Shown one piece after another: positions 57,293 to 64,000 of a stretch of DNA of 64,000 nt (its first letter is position 1; each line of letters begins with the position of its first letter). The position numbers were made by a program, and so were the translations under genes. A model generated the notes under the pieces. The model was not told where the DNA came from, ran no database searches, and saw only the letters and a list, made by a program, of their open reading frames with translations. The stretch is from Eledone cirrhosa (Eukaryota). The DNA lies in NCBI GenBank assembly GCA_964016885.1, contig OZ024740.1:356624001-356688000 (forward strand). Reading direction: 5' to 3'.

Positions 57293-59863
57293 ATGAACCA
57301 GGGGCTCAGCATAGAAAGAGGAACGCAGAAAACTACCAACACAGAAAACATGGAGTACCTTTTTCGATCAAGGAGAAATCCCCCCCACAACAGACTAATG
57401 GAGGAGTTTGAAAACGAGATGATTAACATCATATCCAACCTCAAATTCCCCGGAAACCCAGCCAGAAGTCAGGAGTACCTCAGACACCTGAGAAACCGGA
57501 TTACAGAACTTAAAGGGACAACTGGAATACTTGTCCATGCTGACAAAACAAACAACCTCTACAACATGAACACTGAACTGTACAATAAGATAATCCTCAG
57601 GGAACTGAGGAAGTGCAACAAAAAAACACCCGGATTTACCCTGGATGAGATCAATGCCACAGCTTACAGGATTATATCCAGAATCGGCATAGAGGACAGG
57701 ACGGCCCCATACCAACCAAGGGAGCCGCGGATTACCCTTAAAGACCACAAGTCAAACTTTGAGTCCGACCTCCCTGTCAGACTAATAGCCCCCTCCAGAT
57801 CTGACCTAGGGATCGTCAGTAAAAGAATACTGGATAGGATTTTGCCCAAGCTTCGGAAGAAAACCAAATTACAGCAATGGTCATGCACGAGAGAAGTAAT
57901 AGAATGGTTCGAAATACTGCATGAGAAAAGTAGGACCAGCTTTATACAACTGGACATCGCAAGCTACTACTCCTCAATCTCACCCATAGTACTTAATAAG
58001 GCCCTATTTTTAGCGATGTCCAATACGGACCTGACTCGAGAGGAGGTGAGCATCATCAACGCCGCAAGAAAGACCTTAATCCGCTTCGATGGAGACCTTT
58101 GGACCAGGAGTGATTGGCCAAATAACTTTGACATCACGATGGGCTCCAGCGACTCAGCGCAGGTAACGGACCTGGTTGGGCTCTACCTGCTGAAGCAGAT
58201 AAAAGATGAAATCCTCTGCCTGGGCGGCGGATTATATCGTGACGATGCTCTATTCACAGTACATGACCACAGCACCAATATGTTGGAGGGTATGAGGAGG
58301 CGTATTCGCCATTTCTTTAAGAACCAGGGGCTCAGCATAGAAATAGACCCAAATAGGAAGGTAGTTAACTTCCTAGACACCACTCTAAACCTCAACACCG
58401 AGCAATACTACCCCTACCACAAGCCCAACGAGAAACTCGTATATGTTAACGCCAAATCAAACCACCCTAGATCCATAACCAAGGCAGTGGTGAAGAGTGT
58501 CTCGGACAGGATCTCCAGCCTGTCCGCAAGTAAGGAAATATTCAACAACCACGCGGAATATTACAACGCAGCTCTAAAGAAGGCGGTACATGGACAAAAT
58601 ATAACATATAGTCCGAAAAGCTGGGAGGTGGATAGCCCAACAGACACCCACAACCGCGTTGCCAGAGGGGGAAGGGCGAACCCTAACAATACAAGCAGAG
58701 CAGAATCTAATAGGCACCATGTACCAGACACCACCACACGGGCGGTGGGGACTAGTGCGCTTGACCACGAGATGGAGCACAATATGAGTAGCAGTCTCAG
58801 GCGTGACGCTAACTACCCCAGGACGGACGACCCCAACCGCAGGACACGTGGGGGGGGAGGAAACGGGCGACCACCCCACGATGGATCTCCCGGGGCGGAC
58901 AACAACCACCCCACAAATCCGGGCCGCGAAGATAACAAAAAGTATAGAGCCCAAAGGGGAAGCAACAGTGCGGAAACCACCAGCAACCCAACAAATCTCC
59001 AACAAATCACGAAGCCCCCGACCCACACATATAGGAGGAGACACCGACAAATCACGTGGTACAACCCACCCTACTCAGCGGCCCTAAAGAAAAGCTTGGC
59101 CCGCTTATTCTTTGGAGCACTTGACAAATGCTTCCCGAGGGACCACAGATACCACAGGATCTTCAACAGACACACTGTGAAGCTTTCGTATTCCACCACG
59201 AGAAATTTGGCCCAACACATTGCTAGCATCAACAGAAGTAGGCTTAAAAACCACACACAACCAGAAGATGGCAATACAAACACTCAGCAGAACCATGTGA
59301 AAGGAGGGAAGGGAGGACCCAGAGCCCACCCAAGAAACACAAACAGACCCAAGGACCCCCCACCGAGCATGGGGGAGGACCAACATGTAACACATAATGA
59401 GAACCCTAATCTAGGCAGGCAGAGGCCGACCACTCTCTGCAACTGCAGAAACCCCGAATCATGCCCCCTTGGTAATGAATGTCTCAAGAAGAACCTAGTG
59501 TACGGTTGTAGGGTTAAAACCCCCAACTCCGAACACCACTACAGAGGAGCCACATCAACGAGCTTTAAGGACCGCTGGTACAACCATCGCCATTCATTCA
59601 AGAAGGAGGCCAAAAGGAAAAGCACAGCTCTCTCCGACCTGATCTGGAAGCTTAAGCTGGACAGGACCCCATACTCTCTGGCCTGGTACATAATCAGGAA
59701 AGTACCACCCGATAAAGGGGGATCTTGCATATGCAAACTATGCCTGAACGAGACCATCGAGATACTAAGAGGTGGAAGCGGCCTGATAAACCTCAGAACC
59801 GACTTCTTCGGGACATGCAGACACCTTAGAGCCGGGACCTTTCTCAAAATATATGGACAGTAG
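57293..59863 (+). CDS. Uninterrupted Hydra-like PLE protein: RT plus C-terminal GIY-YIG endonuclease (element about 57190-61245)
   Basis: ADKTNNLY, LKDHK, RLIAPSRSDLG, FIQLDIASYYSSI, MGSSDSAQ, LYRDD, NFLDTTL, SNHP, WYNPPY, CNC..CPL..CL, LVY..YRG, RWYNH, CKLCLNE and CRH. The frame stays open upstream to about 57190 (SLKDIPLP). Confidence 0.92.
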   Translation: MNQGLSIERGTQKTTNTENMEYLFRSRRNPPHNRLMEEFENEMINIISNLKFPGNPARSQEYLRHLRNRITELKGTTGILVHADKTNNLYNMNTELYNKIILRELRKCNKKTPGFTLDEINATAYRIISRIGIEDRTAPYQPREPRITLKDHKSNFESDLPVRLIAPSRSDLGIVSKRILDRILPKLRKKTKLQQWSCTREVIEWFEILHEKSRTSFIQLDIASYYSSISPIVLNKALFLAMSNTDLTREEVSIINAARKTLIRFDGDLWTRSDWPNNFDITMGSSDSAQVTDLVGLYLLKQIKDEILCLGGGLYRDDALFTVHDHSTNMLEGMRRRIRHFFKNQGLSIEIDPNRKVVNFLDTTLNLNTEQYYPYHKPNEKLVYVNAKSNHPRSITKAVVKSVSDRISSLSASKEIFNNHAEYYNAALKKAVHGQNITYSPKSWEVDSPTDTHNRVARGGRANPNNTSRAESNRHHVPDTTTRAVGTSALDHEMEHNMSSSLRRDANYPRTDDPNRRTRGGGGNGRPPHDGSPGADNNHPTNPGREDNKKYRAQRGSNSAETTSNPTNLQQITKPPTHTYRRRHRQITWYNPPYSAALKKSLARLFFGALDKCFPRDHRYHRIFNRHTVKLSYSTTRNLAQHIASINRSRLKNHTQPEDGNTNTQQNHVKGGKGGPRAHPRNTNRPKDPPPSMGEDQHVTHNENPNLGRQRPTTLCNCRNPESCPLGNECLKKNLVYGCRVKTPNSEHHYRGATSTSFKDRWYNHRHSFKKEAKRKSTALSDLIWKLKLDRTPYSLAWYIIRKVPPDKGGSCICKLCLNETIEILRGGSGLINLRTDFFGTCRHLRAGTFLKIYGQ

Positions 59864-61039
59864 CAACACAAGAAGATGTGAACTCCCCTCAAGCTATAGG
59901 GACTTCTACAGAACATGAAAACACCTCTCGGCCAGACCTCCCTCAAGCTATACGGGCAATAACAACACCCTAGGTTGTGAACTCCCCTCAAGCCATAGGG
60001 AACAACCCAGGCGGAGCAGACACCATGATAGCCTAGAGATAGACTCGGACACAGCCATAATAATTTGGCCAACATCTATAACACAAACACTTTTAATTTA
60101 CCAGATTTCTGACTTTCAAGTTCCAATCTTAAATCTTGATTTCTCTTTATTAATTTGTTATTTGTTTTCTGCCCTCTTCACTGTATCACCTTATATTTAT
60201 TTTAAGTTGAGATAGATTATAACACAAACACATTGAGTTTGAATATCTCATCTTAACATCTTGTCTCATACCAATCTATCCAACATATTCTGACCTTGAG
60301 ATTGGTTATAGCACACACACACACACTTTATCCTACATTATTTCTCACTTCTCCATATGCATTTTCATTACTTTTTCACCAATCTCTCATTTATTCTTTA
60401 TTCTTTATTCTCTATTTATTTATTTATTTATTTATTTTCAAATTACACAAATTATATTAATTATTTTATTATATTATTTATTTATTTTCTGTTTTCTTCA
60501 TTTATTGCTTTATATTTCTTCATATACATGGAAGAACCCCCACCCCCCACCCCACCACAAACTGGATACTGCTAAATTGTTAGCAGCAGCAAGATATAAG
60601 CTGACCACTACACCAACAACAGTACCAAAATAATGGTGGAGGTCAAATGTACTGAACAATAGCAGGCAAAAACACTACAGGGAGCCTCACCCCAGAAAGA
60701 ATTCTATAGACTTCTGACTGAGGAATGCTTTCAGAACTGACCAATGGGAAGTTTGACACTTTTTTTGTTATTTTGTTCCTTTAACACCTTGTCCCTTCTA
60801 CTATTTTATCAATTTTTAAGCTAACTCCAACAATAACAACACTTAGAATGAGGAATGTTCTAATAACTGACCAATGAGAGGAGAAGGAGACCTTTGACAC
60901 TGAAATTCGTTTGTTTGAATTCATATGACTCCAGTTCCTAAGTGAATTAACAACCCAACAAGGAACTGGGCATATCAGAGTATTGACAATATTATACACC
61001 TAAACAACATATGTACTTGTCTATACCATACTAATTCAA

Positions 61040-61094
61040 ACTGCCTGAAGAAGTCACAGCCAAAGATGGCTGTCACTGAAATATATATAGCAGT
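61040..61094 (+). ncRNA. Type I hammerhead ribozyme at the 3' end of the intact Hydra-like PLE
   Basis: ACTGC CTGAAGA AGT CACAGCCA AAGA TGGCTGTC ACT GAAA TATATA TA GCAGT; perfect stem I and long stem II. Confidence 0.8.
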
Positions 61095-61422
61095 AATAAA
61101 CGAAGCTAAATTTTAATCATTTGACTTTTATTTAACTTTATTTTACACTACTCCGGAGTAACCAAACCAACCTGCGCACTTCGTCGAGTGCTCCAGCCTG
61201 CATACTGAGGTGTTGGTATACAACCAACATAAATTCAAAATCTATATATATATATATAAATGAAGTAATTCCATCGGAAAAGTCCAGGAAAAAAGAGTGC
61301 TCTATGTAGGCAACAGAGCTTAATTATTATTATTATTATGTAATAAACAACATAAGGCAATTATTCCATTTACCAGTGGTTTCTTAAAAGCAAAAGGTTT
61401 TGCTTTCAATCCTATGTATGTA

Positions 61423-61481
<59 letters not shown>

Positions 61482-62267
61482 CTACATACATACATACATA
61501 TATACATACATTTACGTATGTATATAGCTATGCATTTATACATTTGTATATATACAGACATTTATATTTAAGTGTGTAAGGATGTTGATATGATCTATGT
61601 CTTCTTTTTTTTTGGTAAGGAGAACATTTTTGTCGCCAGATTTTATTACCTGGGGAGATAAATACCACACTTCTGGCTGAAAGCTGACCAGGTTCTCAAC
61701 TTCATCAAACAGTAACGCCGGCCTGTGTGTGTATATATGTGTGTGTGTGTATGTATGTATGTGTGTGTATGGTCACCACCATTGCTTCTTCTTGTCATTT
61801 CTGTTGAAGTAGTCCTTACTTTCATTTACTTTGATTTCTTTCGATTTTCTTTATCTCCCTAGGGAATTCTTTGACAAGCTTCTTTAATTTATTTTCTTTG
61901 TTTTCTTCATTCAAATCACTGACTGTCTAAGAGACGTACAAATATGGTTAACGTGCATCACTCTCTCCAATTATCTTTATTTCTAGAACTGAAATATCAA
62001 TCAACTGATATGATGACCCAGAATGTTAAATGATTACACATTCTACTACGTGCATGATTTGTTGCGGAAGGTACAACTATGCAAAATGTCGGTTAAATAA
62101 TAGTAGTTTGTTAATTAGCGATGATATGTGCGGCATAGAGAAAGTTTTGTGGAATTCTTTCCGGTCTTTTGTGGTGTCTGAGTTTAAATCCCACCGAGGT
62201 TTATTTTATTTGCATACTTTCGAGGTCGAAAAATTTCCAGTCTAGCCTGGGGTCGTTTCTTACCCTA

Positions 62268-62363
<96 letters not shown>

Positions 62364-62978
62364 GGAAAAAGTTGGCTGCGTTCCAATCTAGGTTTCAAGT
62401 GCTCAAGACCCGCCGTATGTCATGACGGCGTCCCTAAGCCGCCATTAGGGATTACATACAATAGTTGACGACACTGGGCAGAACAATGATGTTATTTTTC
62501 TGAAGCAGAATAAATTTCATGGAGGTGAGCCTAAATATTGCACTTGGTGTAAATTTGAACGTTTTAAGTTTTACAAATACTTTTGTTTCTATGTGTATTT
62601 ATTTTATTTAATTCCAGAGTTAAGGTTGCTGAAATCGTAATACTCAGACGTCTTTGTCTCTTAAAGATTTCGACTGTTTTCGTTCCCCAGTTCAGCTTGC
62701 CTAAAGTGTATTCCTCGAATATCTGCAGTGACAGGCGAAATAATAATTCATGATATAATTTTGAACAGACAACGAATTGGTAGTCATTACACCGTCGGTT
62801 GGAATGTGCCACGGTATTTGTTCTGGCTTATTTCGATCTCTGATTTCAAATAACCCATAAGTCAACTTTGCCTTTCACCATTTCGAGGTCAATAAAAAAC
62901 GAATCAATCCATTAAGTGAGTCGAGTCTTTTTTCTATTTCTCTTTTCACTTCCTCCCTGTCTAACTCTCTCTCTCTCT

Positions 62979-63042
<64 letters not shown>

Positions 63043-63278
63043 TCTATCCTCTGAAAAGAAAGGGAGAGACGATGGCTCCACCAGATTTAAAGTACCCAAG
63101 ACACACCCCATATCATGATGATACCCATAAGATTCAATCTAGAGGTACAGTTTAATATATACATACACACACATATATACATACACGCACACACACACAT
63201 ATATATATATACACACATATATACATACATACACACATATTACCTACATACATACTCACACACATCACATACATACAT

Positions 63279-64000
63279 GGTGGCTGCCAACTCGTTTTCG
63301 AGTACGACCACTACTTTATATCCATGTAGGAGAACTCCTACCGATGCGCTGAACGAGTGTGACCTTTTAGTCCAGCCAGCGACATGAAAACTCTGGTACA
63401 AACACTACACTTGTGACAATTATTGACACATAGTGCTGGGCCCATGGTACCATGTGACGACAAGTGAAGAGAGATCTCCAGATATAACGCAATGCCTGTG
63501 CCGTGAAGCTTTTATAGTGAGCAAAGGCACTGCACAAAGCCAGTCCCACTCTCTTAAACAAGATGATATTTACCGAAAAGAAGGACATATCAACATCATT
63601 GGATACCATCAGAGTTGCAGGTGTTATATCAGAGTTTTCCTTCTCCTAGAATTCTGCCTTGACAAAGGCTAAGGGGTCATCTCTCCCGGTGATTTTGGAT
63701 GGCCATTGACTCTTAAGAGCTCCTTTGCCCTTTGACAGGTTTTGTTTTTAGTCCTGCAGGATGTCCAAAGTCACCCTCCTCACCAAGAAACCTTGGTGGA
63801 GTTGCCAGTTTAGTCGCCAACGACCCGACCTTGAGACAAGTTGTACTGGGATACATGTTACCAGTAGCACCAACTGGTGATCTGACATAAATACATACAT
63901 ACATACATACATACATACATACATACATACATACATACATACATACATACATACATACATACATACATACATGGTGGCTGCCAACTCGTTTTCGAGTACG
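63279..64000 (+). mobile_element. ~610-bp (CATA)n-associated element, copy 3 (63279-63885), and start of a tandem copy 4 (63973 onward)
   Basis: Same sequence as copies 1 and 2. A (CATA)n spacer at 63886-63972 is followed by GGTGGCTGCCAACTCG again. Confidence 0.85.

Overview
This is AT-rich, microsatellite-dense animal DNA. The SINE types and (TA)n/(CA)n density suggest an octopus or other coleoid cephalopod, but that is inference only. I see no intact host gene, and most short ORFs in the track are translations of microsatellites. The window is dominated by Penelope-like retroelements (PLEs; RT plus C-terminal GIY-YIG endonuclease) of at least three types: Hydra-like (YRDD), Neptune-like (YLDD) and a YVDD family. 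Nearly all sit in (TA)n tracts, often with inverted copies, and roughly 20 hammerhead-ribozyme or hammerhead-like motifs mark their terminal repeats. Also present are a CR1-type LINE, a decayed hAT (Buster/Charlie-like) transposon, several SINE families and a ~610-bp (CATA)n-associated element. The main findings are: (1) a ~1-kb block (25.2-26.3 kb) in which oppositely oriented SINEs all carry plus-strand T>C changes that spare TpC, the pattern expected if an ADAR-hyperedited RNA was written back into the genome (an assembly artefact must be excluded); (2) a non-coding 420-bp tandem array with one hammerhead per unit (retrozyme-like), a relative of which is fused to a PLE; (3) a chimeric Ku70-3'-end plus SINE retrocopy with an 8-bp TSD inside the hAT transposase; (4) hammerhead core variants (U3-A8). 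All alignments and counts were made by eye, and clade names are from remembered motifs, not searches.
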